Below the pieces are notes generated by a model that was given only the letters and a program-made list of their open reading frames with translations, made no database searches and was not told the origin of the DNA. DNA of 64,000 nt from Tubiluchus corallicola. Lineage: Eukaryota; Animalia; Priapulida. Each line of letters starts with the position of its first letter. The first letter of the stretch is position 1. The DNA lies in contig JAQGDQ010000317.1 in the NCBI GenBank assembly GCA_030141605.1, positions 186,001 to 250,000 of the forward strand. The letters run 5' to 3'. Of the stretch, positions 41,581 through 52,701 are shown in pieces. The translations under genes were made by a program, and so were the position numbers.

Positions 41581-44500
41581 ATGACGAGTTGGTTCCGTCG
41601 CAGTCCATATCCAGAAATTATGCAGTCCGAGCATGAGCATCTACAGCTTGATCAGGCTGCTTGCTTCGAGACCCTCCAGTGTCATTGGCAAGAGGCATCA
41701 GCCATCATGGTTAAAAAAGGTTCTGTAACTGCAGATGATGCGAACGGTGTAGTGAACTACTTGCATCAGATGGTTCTTTTGTTGCTAGAAGAAAGTCGAG
41801 GTGAGGACTTCAGTGGTTCTAATGGTCCAATGCTCGATTACTTTCTGTCTGAGGAGGTTATGGAGTTATTGTTCATGTGGTCTAACAATACTGGTGAGCA
41901 TTTAAATAAAATGAAACTAGAACAGTTACATTTGTATGAGTTATTGTTATCCGAATGTCAGCAGAACATGTTAATGCAAAAACCTCTTTTGCGTCCATTG
42001 ATGAAGTTAATTGTCACCTGCAGTGAGTGGTCATCCGTGGATGTTGAGCGCAGTCTACTCGTGCTACTTAATATGATCTGCATTTCATTGAATCAGTTCC
42101 CTTCACTACTAGATTTCTTCTTTATTAAAACTGCAGAACATTCAATTGATCGTTTTGTTCTTTTCTCTGTTCTTGCCAAGTTTATGCATAGAGATGGGAC
42201 AATCGGTTGCCAAGCCAGAGATTCACTGCTGCTTTGCATGGCACTGTCCACTAGATTTGACTATATTGCCCAGCACATTGTGGAGAAATCCAATTTTTGT
42301 GAAGCTCTTGCTTCCGGACTTAGTGGACTTTATTCACAGTGTAGGAATGATAAACTGGAAAATTTGCCAAACGACTGGCATTCCATAAGGACAGAAGACC
42401 TTAAACACCTTCCCGAAGTTGTCACATTAATAGACTGCTTGGACTTTTGCAATTCCGTCTGTCAGGTTGCTCCACCTTTGGTCCGGGATAAACTTATTGA
42501 TTACATTTACCATGCATTTTTTATTCAAGTGCTTGGCACAGCAGTGTGTCAAGGTACAACTGAAGAAGTTATGATAACAATCGCCTATTTGAAACTCTTT
42601 CTTTTTCATATTACTGATCCGTCCCTGATGAAAGCATTTATTCGTTTTTTAGTAGCAGAAGATATTGATGGCACTGTTGTCCTTGATACAATTGTGTGTG
42701 GTATTAATGCTGATGATCACTTGTGCCTTGTGTCATTAGCATTCATAGAAGCAATTCTTGATTTGAATTGTGAAGATGTGATTGTGCATCTTGCTCTAAA
42801 GTACTTGATTCCATGCAGCCATGTTATGTTAAGTCAGCGCAAATGTTTTAAAAAGATTGATCTACAAGGATCAGCAGCAGAGAAATTTCTGTCACTCGTT
42901 CCCAGTGTTTGCATTCCCAGTCGTGATGACCATGAATTGTCTCATTCCGGAGTCTCTGCAATGAACACAACCTCTGCCCGCAATGCCGTTCATAAGCGAG
43001 CCACTATCAAGCAATCAGGCTTTCGAATTGCGAAAAGTTCTAGCAAAAGTGTGGAAAACTATCAGAACCATTCTGCTGGTGACATGACCTTGTGTGTGGA
43101 TCAGTTGAGAACAAGCTATATTGACTATTTACATGATGCAGAGCATCGTGTGCGACGTTGTGTTCAAGCATGCTCATGCTGGTCTGCGCCATATGATGGT
43201 GTGTGCCCACCGAGAGAAGCTGTTGTGACACTTGCCCCGTCTCCTACCAGTGAAGCTAAGCATTTGATTGGTGTCAAAAAATGTGAGTCCCAAGACATAC
43301 TTGATAAGATATCTAAAGAGAAATCAGAAAAACGTGTGCCCTCTATTGTTAATGGTGTTATTTTAGATAATAGTGATGAAGATATCCTGATGAGCTCTCG
43401 TAAAGGTACACTTAGCAGCAGCGACAATGTCAGGTTAAGCACAATGACATCAATATCTAGCTTCGATAGTTTCTGTGATACTGAGGTTTTTACCGAATAT
43501 TTTGAACCTATTTTGCCACTTGCTGTCAGCTGGGATAAGCTGAACAATGAACAATTTCAGGCTGCCTTGTCTCGCATCAAAATTCCAGAATTGATTAGCA
43601 CTGAATCTGAAATAGACATATTTTGTCACGAGTTAAATGAAGCGTGCAAACTTGTGAGCACTTCCGAGTCAACAAATATAGAGGATCTAGCAAGTAGCGA
43701 TGTAAGTAAATCTGTAGTAACATCTGGAGAATTACAAGATACGGTACAAGAAAATGTTGAAACTGAAGCAGCAGTTAATGATGTTACATTGCGAAGTGAT
43801 GGAAAAAAGATGCAGAGAACAGTCCACGAACATCATACAAAATCTGGCAGGAGAAGTTCTCTCAAAAGTTTGGAATTAAATGTTATTCCTGAAGATTACA
43901 TTCATTCTTCAGAGCACACGACTCCTCTCAGTCCACTTGCTGCTACATTTGGGAAACCTCACATGGGTTTATTCTTTACTGTCCTGTTTGGTAAATTGGA
44001 AAATATGATTGAAAACTCCTTGTATGCAAATCTGCAGCTTACGGCTGTAATATCTCGATTGGCGTGCTATCCACAGCCTTTACTCAGATCATTTCTGCTA
44101 AATCCAGATCTTGTATTCCAGCCAAGTGTTCGTTCCTTAATTCAGATTCTTGCCTCTGTAAAACAAAAAGTTGATTCTTTTTCATCGGCTGAGGAACATT
44201 TTGGGATCCTGTTAGTTCGGGCAAGACAGTGGTTATTAAATCGTGAAAAAACATATTTCGAGGAAATTACTCATCCTCCCACTGTTGAAAGGAAGGTGCA
44301 ACGGAGCTCCTCATTTATGGAAGCACGGAAGAAAGTGTCCTTGTCCAAATTATTTTCCCGAAAACCGGATGCAAAAATGTCTCCACGTTTGCAACAGCTC
44401 AATGATAAAAGTGGTTACCATTACATCCATGCGAAATCTGCTGATGTACTTATTAGCCCGACAATGAACCCAGACACCAGGAATGCTGTTTTCTGTGCCA

Positions 44501-44589
44501 TCGTTATGGAAGAGTTCTTAAAAGAACTATCAGCGATTTGCCAGGAACATATACTTGTACAGACTGAAATGCTTGGCAATGATACTTAA
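41581..44589 (+). CDS. FHIP1: FTS and Hook-interacting protein, FHIP1/FAM160A family (FHF complex), 1002 aa, single coding exon
   Basis: Uninterrupted ORF. The N-terminal RAI16-like domain has HWQEASAIM, QMVLLLLEE, GCQARDSLLLCM and LASGLSGLYS. The C-terminus has LYANLQLTAVISRLACYPQPLLRSFLL and NAVFCAIVMEEFLKELSAICQEH. The UTR acceptor is at 41481/41482. Confidence 0.93.
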   Translation: MTSWFRRSPYPEIMQSEHEHLQLDQAACFETLQCHWQEASAIMVKKGSVTADDANGVVNYLHQMVLLLLEESRGEDFSGSNGPMLDYFLSEEVMELLFMWSNNTGEHLNKMKLEQLHLYELLLSECQQNMLMQKPLLRPLMKLIVTCSEWSSVDVERSLLVLLNMICISLNQFPSLLDFFFIKTAEHSIDRFVLFSVLAKFMHRDGTIGCQARDSLLLCMALSTRFDYIAQHIVEKSNFCEALASGLSGLYSQCRNDKLENLPNDWHSIRTEDLKHLPEVVTLIDCLDFCNSVCQVAPPLVRDKLIDYIYHAFFIQVLGTAVCQGTTEEVMITIAYLKLFLFHITDPSLMKAFIRFLVAEDIDGTVVLDTIVCGINADDHLCLVSLAFIEAILDLNCEDVIVHLALKYLIPCSHVMLSQRKCFKKIDLQGSAAEKFLSLVPSVCIPSRDDHELSHSGVSAMNTTSARNAVHKRATIKQSGFRIAKSSSKSVENYQNHSAGDMTLCVDQLRTSYIDYLHDAEHRVRRCVQACSCWSAPYDGVCPPREAVVTLAPSPTSEAKHLIGVKKCESQDILDKISKEKSEKRVPSIVNGVILDNSDEDILMSSRKGTLSSSDNVRLSTMTSISSFDSFCDTEVFTEYFEPILPLAVSWDKLNNEQFQAALSRIKIPELISTESEIDIFCHELNEACKLVSTSESTNIEDLASSDVSKSVVTSGELQDTVQENVETEAAVNDVTLRSDGKKMQRTVHEHHTKSGRRSSLKSLELNVIPEDYIHSSEHTTPLSPLAATFGKPHMGLFFTVLFGKLENMIENSLYANLQLTAVISRLACYPQPLLRSFLLNPDLVFQPSVRSLIQILASVKQKVDSFSSAEEHFGILLVRARQWLLNREKTYFEEITHPPTVERKVQRSSSFMEARKKVSLSKLFSRKPDAKMSPRLQQLNDKSGYHYIHAKSADVLISPTMNPDTRNAVFCAIVMEEFLKELSAICQEHILVQTEMLGNDT

Positions 44590-46859
44590 ATCATAACAAA
44601 AATTTTATATGGCCATTGGAATCCGTCGATTTTTAACAAGTCTATAAAAAGCTATAATTATTAGTTAATTTGGCGCCCATTTACCGTCTTTTTAAATCTT
44701 ACTGCATTGATAAAATGGGCAAAAATCATGTTTTGTAATACTAAACTGTGATATCTGTTTGAAAAGGATTCTAATATCAGGAGACAAAGTTTCTCTGTTC
44801 CACTCTGGAAATTCCTGCACAGTTTATTGATGAGAGAAGCAGCTTTCTATGAATAATTTGACTATTTCTTTTTCTTTTCGTGTCGTATACTTTTCACTTC
44901 CCCTTCAACTGGACTTTTCTGTTATTTTCAACGAAAACATTATGTTTCTAAGACAGAATGATCCAGAACAGACATAAGCTTAAAATGATTCTTCAGTGAT
45001 TCTTAAAGTTTGTCTCTATGTACAATTGTAAATCTTTAATAGTGTTTATTCTATAATTTTAATCACCAAAGTAAAATGTGTACTTTGGAAAACTCATTTG
45101 TATATAGCGGTATCACTAAGAATCCATGGCTTTTATTGACATGAGCAAGATTTTTTAAAACTAACATGTCCCTTTATCAATTATACAGAGAACCGAGTTA
45201 CCAAGTTTACTGGCAAAAATGTCAGTTTGAAAAATGCAAGTTTACATCTAGTTTGTGTTACTGTTTATTAAATTTTATTGTATTAATATGACTTATTAAC
45301 TGATACTGAAATTAAATAATGTTATTGTTATTTCTGTAGATATATAAACAATATAAAGTATGTAAAGAGGGATCCAGAATAATTTTTAATCTAATGTTAA
45401 TAATTAACCCAATTTGAAATGGTTTTTTAATTTTAGAATAGCTCTGTTTCTACTGCACAGGAAAATTTTGGACAAAATAATTGCACTCTTTAATTCACTA
45501 TACATGTATATATAAATTTATTGGGCTGTATTTATAATTAATCAGTGATGTTGATAATTGGGCACACAGTTTTATTAGAATAATTATAGTGATTTGCATA
45601 TACGTGTGTTAATTTCACATATTTATTAATGCGTCAAAACAGTAACTATTGTTCATGCTTCAGTGTTATAACTAGTTTACAGATTGCTTATACATTTCAG
45701 TTATCATTATATGGAGAGTTATTTTTATTAATTTTGTAATCCTATTATATAAATTTTCACACTTTTGCTACAACAGCTAAGTGAACTACATGTTGCCATC
45801 TATTCTGTTATGGCAAAGATAACTGCCCGAATAATCTCATGTACGACAGTTATAGTTTGCTAGCAGAGGGCTTTTTAACTAAACCACTGTATTCAACTAA
45901 TAAATAATTTTTGTCTGTCTACATATTGAATTGTTTATTTCATTCTGTCATTTTGTAAGTGAATTGCGTATGTGTTGTTCTGAATTCATGTAGTTTAAAA
46001 CTACAGTACATTCATTGTCGATATATTGTCATTGATTTGTGTAGCCTTTAACATTGTGCTTCCAACTTAAGGCCCAGCTAACATATTTTGCACAAAGCCA
46101 GAGTCAGAAATATTTTAAAAAATGACACTGAAGTAACGTTGTTCCACAGCCTAGAATCTAGGTAATGTGTACATGAATTTATACAGTATGGTGTGCAGCT
46201 CACAACAGGGCTCTATATTGCAGTCACTTGATGTACCATTTGAGGTCATAGTATAATTAATGGAGACCAAATCTCTTTCTCTCTCTCTCTCTCTCCCTCC
46301 CCCTCTCTCTTTGCCTGCAAAAAGAGGCACCTTTTTGTATATATATGTTCCTTTTTGAATAAAGATTTATTTCAAAAAATCTCTCTCTTTCTGTCTTACT
46401 TAAACTCCGACTGAGTGAATACTAGTATGCAAGGGTAAAGTGTTCTATAATAATATAAGAAAAAGTCATTTGTAGGAACTCCAATAAAAAGTAAGACTTA
46501 CAATTAACAATAATGATTTACTGTTATGATACTGACTTACAGTATACAGTTATATATAATTAATTATATTTTACGCATTATTTTTGTTTTCGTTTGGTAG
46601 CGGTCCCGTACTGACTGAATCGTTGCAGATGCAGAAATTACTTTGCGCAAACGATCTGGCATCTGTGTGAACATGTGTAACATTATGGACTCTGGCTCGT
46701 AAGCAATTGTTGTTGAAAAACGGCAAATTCTGAATGCATGGACGCAATGGACGTGAATTGGACATCCATTCACCAATTTTATGGAGGTAGTTAAAATAAA
46801 AATCTCGTGGCAAAAACTAATCATATTCTACTTTCGAGACACTTCCAGTCCTCACAGAG

Positions 46860-47900
46860 TTCTTCGTGGTCATGAGTCAAGTTATTTGAGCAACCAGCTA
46901 GAACCAATATCAGATCACACTTCTTTTGGCTTTGCGTAGAGCAACCATGTCTAGTTGTCTACTATCTGTTATTCACTTAGACTTTAAAAAAGCATTTGAT
47001 AAAGTGCCTCATAAGATGGCTAATTAAATCAAAGTCATATGGCTTTGGAGGAAATCTGCTCAAACGGAGAGAAAATTGGCTGTGCGTATATTAGAACCCA
47101 AAGAACAGTGATTGGAGACAGTTTTCACAGTATGTGCCTATCTCTTCTGGGGTGCCTCATGGATCAGTTCTGGGACCCCTCTTGTTTCTCGTTTATGTAA
47201 ATGATATTGACGACGATGTAGGAATAAAATTGTCTAAATTTGCTGATGACTGCAAAATGTGCAGTAGAGTAGACACATATGATGAAATTCTGTCCCTAAT
47301 AAACTCTTTGGTCACAAGAATGGCAAATGTTATTCATTGAAAGCAAATGTAAATGAATGCATATGGGGTTTTCAAATCCACACCAAGATCATGTGATTAT
47401 TAACACTTCATTAAATGCAGTTCAGGAAGAGACTAACATAGCATCAGTATATCATCAGTATACTGATGCGTCAGTATATCATCTGACGTAAAACCTGGAA
47501 TGCACATCTCCATAAAAGTAAAAAGCAAATATGGTACTTGGCATGATATACAGAACATTTATTAATAAAAACGCAAACATACTCGTCCCTGTGTATAAAT
47601 CCAAAGTATGTCCCATTGTGGAATACGCTAGTCCTGTTTGGAAACCGTATTTTATTAAAGACATATGTTTGATCGAGGGTGTCCAAAGAAGGGCTACCAG
47701 AATGGTTGAAGGGTTAAACAGTGTAGCAACTAAAGCGTCCAGGTCTGCATACACTGTTAACTAGAAGGGCATGTGCTGATTTAATACACACTTTCAAAGT
47801 CATTAAAGGAATTGATGATGCGGGTTTAGGAAAATATTTTCAGCCATATAATAATTTACTTGTGAAATGGTTTACCTCAAAAGGCTATGGACGCAGTTCC
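46860..47900 (+). mobile_element. CR1-clade LINE reverse transcriptase remnant
   Basis: LDFKKAFDKVPH, SGVPHGSVLGPLLFLVYVND, KFADDCK, ANMVLGMIYRTF and IVEYASPVWKPY...IEGVQRRATRMV, with multiple frameshifts. A separate CR1 tail piece (RGHE..RTNIRSHFF) lies at ~46860-46930. Confidence 0.9.
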
Positions 47901-48173
47901 AGTTAATCACTTTAAAGGGCCATCCAAACGTATGTTAATGCCATTGAACAACGAAATGTAGATTGGATTCATAAGACACATGTCTGTAAACACTGAGTTT
48001 TCTACAGCATGATACTAGTACCCTTAGTTATAGATGCCCATGTTTTTGCTCTATGTATGTGTTTATAGTGTATACAATGTATCAAATCATTATAATCATT
48101 GTAGTTAAAGTGCAAGCGCCACAAAAAAGTTGTGTAGAGACTGAGTGTATAATATAACCCACTTTTGGGTTTC

Positions 48174-48323
48174 TTACACAGTGACTACCAAAATTAAAGC
48201 CACAATAATAGTCCAAATGATGGAGGTAGCTGCAAAGGTGAGTTCATCATCAAGCACCAGTGCTTCATTAGTAGACAGTTTCAAAGAGCCTTTGAGAGAG
48301 GACCATTTAGAGATAGTTACCAT
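48174..48323 (-). CDS. Hypothetical 49-aa ORF (or first coding exon) with a C-terminal transmembrane helix
   Basis: MVTISKWSSLKGSLKLSTNEALVLDDELTFAATSIIWTIIVALILVVTV*; the stop overlaps a possible donor GT|gtaaga. Confidence 0.25.
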   Translation of the reverse strand: MVTISKWSSLKGSLKLSTNEALVLDDELTFAATSIIWTIIVALILVVTV

Positions 48324-48719
48324 CTAGCTCCTTATTTCTTTGGATAAGGTAGTCTTCAATAAGATTTTCTGCATGCGATATAGAGTCTATCACGTTTAAA
48401 CTAACATTTAGCTGACCCTCAGCATTATATCTACACCGCCATACGTCAACAATTACGTTATCGATTTACTGTAAACTATTTAGTGAATGGTTGCTCAAAA
48501 ATTACATCCATCGTATTTGATACACATACCAAAATACACATACCAGATGGACTTCCACTGCATTCAAATATATAGTAAATTGCAGAGTGTCCTTTAAGGG
48601 ACAATGACTGCGTACCATTGGGGATCTGGGGGGTTCTTTCCCCCAGTTTGGCCGAGGTTCGGAGAAAATTTTGAATTCAGTACTGCTAAATTGACGTAAA
48701 TCAGGTCCAACAAAATAGG

Positions 48720-48935
48720 TCTTCAGTTTAGCGAATGGATGCTCGAAGTTATGTCCATCACGTCTAAGATTCTATAGGTCCACCAGTTTAGTAAACAGAT
48801 GCTCAAGTTACGTCCATTTCATCCATCCAGAAAGTCCATCCAAATGGTAAACGGACGTCAATCCATATATGTCCATTAATTTAGTGAATGGATGCTCAAA
48901 GTTACGTCCATCGCGTTCAAAACTTTGTCCATCAA
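48720..48935. repeat. Degenerate tandem repeat (about 4 units of tttagtgaatggatgctcaagttacgtccat)
   Basis: Units start near 48727, 48787, 48845 and 48880; an inverted related copy is at ~46730-46775. Confidence 0.7.
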
Positions 48936-49761
48936 ATTGGGGAGACCCTTGAAAAACGAAGAAAAATAAAATATTCTTTTATTTTGGAGTTCTGCCTGCC
49001 CAATGTCTACAACAGTGTAATGGGCATATGATGATGATGGTGAAAAATGAAGCATCAGCAGCCGTCATCATTGGAGTATACATTGTTTACTCTTTTGCAG
49101 GAGATACTGCCAAATTTGGTTACCCCTGACTTTTTTCATTTTCCTAACTGACCTAATTTCTCACAATATTTTAAGGCTGTCTGCTACTGTGTCAAATTGT
49201 AAAAATCTATGGGAGCACTACAGAGAAAACCAATATAATTATAAAAAGTGCAGCATCTAAGTTATGGAAACAAAATTACCTTCAATGTGCAAGACGATGC
49301 AACATCATAAAAGCAGAGCCTAAAGAAATTTACTTAATTGTGCAGCATAAGCAGTTCAAGATATGCTGGCTTGTTGGGTACCCTTCGAACAATGTTGAGC
49401 TTAACATGATACTGACTGGAATCACTGATCAGTATTATTTATTTGTGTTGTATGTTGTACTGTGCACTGCAGGTCTATATATTTTAATTTTATTTATATA
49501 TTTTTGATAATATTTCAGGTGTGTCTAATTACTACTAATGAGTGACTGTTCCTGTTACTAATGAGTGAATGATCAGTCATCTGATTGAGACAATTGGAAT
49601 TCGGCATCAGAAATGGTATTCATTGATTAGGCTTTTAGGTACCGTGTCTTTATTTTTTGACGAAAATTATGCAGGTGATGGGTGAATTTGATTGTGGTAT
49701 GAGTTTAAGACAAAAAATTCTAAAACGATTGGTGAACATTATTTGTTGTAACGTTTTTCCT

Positions 49762-50153
49762 ATGTAAAAATCTTCGTATATAAGGTACTCGGATATAAAG
49801 AGACTTTCGGTTATAAGGGATGATATCTTCAGGTCCCGTGTAATAGAAACCCAGATAAATTACCTCGCATATAAGGAACCCTATGATCAAAGGGAAATTG
49901 ATCGATTTTTAAGTCCATTTTTTCGCAAACTCGGCCTTCGAACAGCTCGGTTTCCGCGGTCACATACATCTCGCATCACTGAAAGAGCTTCGTACCATTT
50001 GCGCTGAATGTCTAGCAATAATCCATAAAAATATGGGTAAAAGTACAGGTCTAGATACACCCTCGGTCTGACTCAATTTCAGCTATAAGGGACATGGGAT
50101 ATAAGGGATGGTTTTTCCGGTCTGGAGGTATCCCTTATATCCGAGTTTGACTG
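49762..50153. mobile_element. pogo/Tigger-type MITE with a degraded left end
   Basis: Right TIR CCCTTATATCCGAGTTTGACTG followed by TA; internal subterminal repeats (c/g)g.TATAAGG; left end ttcgtatataagg...ctcggatataa. Confidence 0.7.
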
Positions 50154-51550
50154 TACTTAGATTATTTTTTTAATGGATATTTACAAATTTATGAGCATCG
50201 GAAAATATTGATGAATTTTAAATTTTATAAAAAGAGGCAGTTTTTAAATTCATTACTGTGATGTGCTGTAGATTAATTACACACAGTTTGCCGAAAGAAG
50301 AGTATTTCAACAGTGTGAGTCTGTCTGTTTGTGATCCCATGCAATTCTGCCTTGAAAACCTAAAATTCCCCCTAAGGGAGAAATTCCCCTCTCCCTTCCC
50401 TTGGTGAGAACTGATGCACTATGTGAAAAGTGCATGGATTATTTACTATCAGCAGTATTGGGTTTGTTGCAAAGTTACAGCTGAACACTTCAACAAAGGA
50501 AAGCTGATTACATAACAGACTAATTTATTATAATTTTCCCTTGAAAACCTGCTGAAAGTTGTTAAGAGGTGTTTAGGTTCACGTAGTTTTGAACTAGAAA
50601 TCTGACTAAGGAGCAGCTAAGTGCACACTAATCGTCAACATTTAAAACCCCGCATTTTCAGGAGTCAGTTTAATGCTTGCTAAAATAAGTCAGTTAAAAC
50701 AAACAGTTTTTAGTAATTTTTCCAATATTATAAGTTCAGAATACTAGGTGAAGTTTTCAAACACCTGTGATTAATACCTACCTTTAATGCACATTTGAAA
50801 ATAGTACAAAGCCCAAAAACTTTATGTAACATGTCAGCTTTTTAAATAATCCCTTTTTCCATTATAAAAGAAGTAATTATAACTATTAGGAAGAAACAGA
50901 TAGATCTCAACACAAGCATGAGGACCTGGCTGATAATCCCAACATGTTAGCGCTTCCTGTGCTGTTGACTATGCGCTGACTAGCAGACTGGATCAAATAA
51001 GGAATTGTAACCCGATTTTAGCAATTTTTTCTATTTCACTATTTGATGCATTGCCGGAAAATTCTAAGTGCGTAATAGATATTTCTATCTGATAACAGTT
51101 TATTTTGGAAGATCACAAGACTCGTGTGTTGTCTAATCAGTGTAGGTTAGTACCACATGGTACATTCACTTCATGCTTACACACGGGTTTGCCACATTTC
51201 CAGATCTGAAGATTTCTGCTATCAAAGTTAGAGGATTTTTCACCATATCTGCTGCTGGCACAAGGCTATTTTAGCTCATGCACTCATTCTGGCATTTTTC
51301 TGGATAATATTATTTAATGAAAGCATTTATGCATCAAAATATTAAGTACTGGGTTCAGGTTCTTTTATTTTATCTCAACGTTTGGTGAATGTCATCTATT
51401 ATGTAGCTCAGATATTTTTACAGAATTCCAATTTCTTATTTAGTGATATAACTTCTCATGACTGTATGTGAAGTGAAACATATTCTTATGTAGGTATGAT
51501 AGCAAACTAAACATAGTTCTTTTTCAGATAAATACTTCAAGAAGTCAAAC

Positions 51551-52487
51551 ATGAAGGACGGGGACCGACCGCATCGAACTGTACTAAAAGCCTCTGCTTC
51601 AGAACGCAATAAGGAGCCTATTTTAAATATACTTAAAAAGTACATCCAGCCTGGAGAACGTCTCCAGATTCTGGAACTTGCCTCAGGTTTGTGTAATAAA
51701 GCTTTTGGCACTTTTTGCATGCAGTGTAACTGTTCAGCATGAAGCATAATCTGCAGTTATTGTTTTTTCTGGAGAATTATGATTAAGAATAGCAAGGATA
51801 TTTGTTGTCAGGGATATACACATTGCCCGTATGTGTAACAAAACGTCCAAGTACTGTAATTATTTTCTGCCTTTCAACACTTTTGTAACATTATGTTTAC
51901 ACAAGTACTAACAAAGTTAACACCTGTATGATCAACAAAGTTAAACCAGCATGTTACAGCATACTTTCTGTGTGATTTCAGGGCCGGGACAACATGTGAT
52001 TCATTTTGCCAATGCATTCCCTCAAACAACCTGGCAACCTTCTGATGTGGATCCAGGATGTTTGGCAAGTATAGAAGGTTATAAGGATCTAAATCCACAC
52101 ATCAAAAACATTCTGCCTGCTAAGTGTATTGATTTACTGCATGCACCTGACAGTTGGGGCATAAAAAAAGAATTTTGGGATGTGGTATATTCTGCTAATA
52201 TTTGTCACATCTCTCCTTGGAGTGTAACAAAGGCACTTTTCCCTGGTGTTGCATTTGCACTCAAGTCGGGCGGGGTATTACTGCTGTATGGTCCATTTGC
52301 CCTAAATGGTGTGATATCGCCAGAGAGCAATGTGTCATTTGATCAGACTTTGAGAAAAATGGATCCCGAATTTGGCATAAGGGATTTAGTTGATTTAGAA
52401 CAGTTAGCTCTCGCAGTAAATATGAAGTTAGTGAGAACCCATGAAATGCCAGCAAACAATCTTACATTAGTTTTCAAGAAAAATTAG
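51551..52487 (+). CDS. METTL26: Methyltransferase-like 26 (DUF938 family), 2 coding exons, 213 aa
   Basis: join(51551-51686, 51982-52487) = 642 nt. ASERNKEPIL, LELASGPGQH, WQPSDVD, ANICHISPW, LYGPF, SNVSFDQTLR, GIRD and EMPANNLTLVFKK are diagnostic DUF938 motifs. Confidence 0.93.
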
Positions 52488-52555
52488 TGTTATATCCGTT
52501 TATTCAGCTCTCATTTTTTTAATTAAGTACTATATACTGTATATATAACTATATA

Positions 52556-52701
52556 CAGTCATAACACACCTCTTTATAATGTTGACCTCACTTAATGCCT
52601 AAATTTTTGGCAAAACAAAATGTCTATATTTGCATAGACTTGCATGTATTAATGCAACTTTTTTGTAATCTCAAAGTAGGGGGTATAAAGAGGTTTGACT
52701 G
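52556..52701. mobile_element. Short pogo/Tigger-type MITE downstream of METTL26
   Basis: TA|CAGTC..ACACCTCTTTATA ... TATAAAGAGGTTTGACTG imperfect TIRs. Confidence 0.6.

Noticed and set aside
42146-44467. Alternative-frame and antisense ORFs overlapping FHIP1 (and similar ones over Claspin and METTL26)
   Set aside because: They are short shadows of a real CDS with no independent signals.
48720-48935. Repeat-spacer-like array suggestive of CRISPR
   Set aside because: The context is eukaryotic, the units are degenerate with irregular spacing, and there are no cas genes.
49030-49075. ATGATGATGG...CCGTCATCAT hairpin as a miRNA precursor
   Set aside because: The stem is only ~10 bp and built from a trinucleotide repeat.
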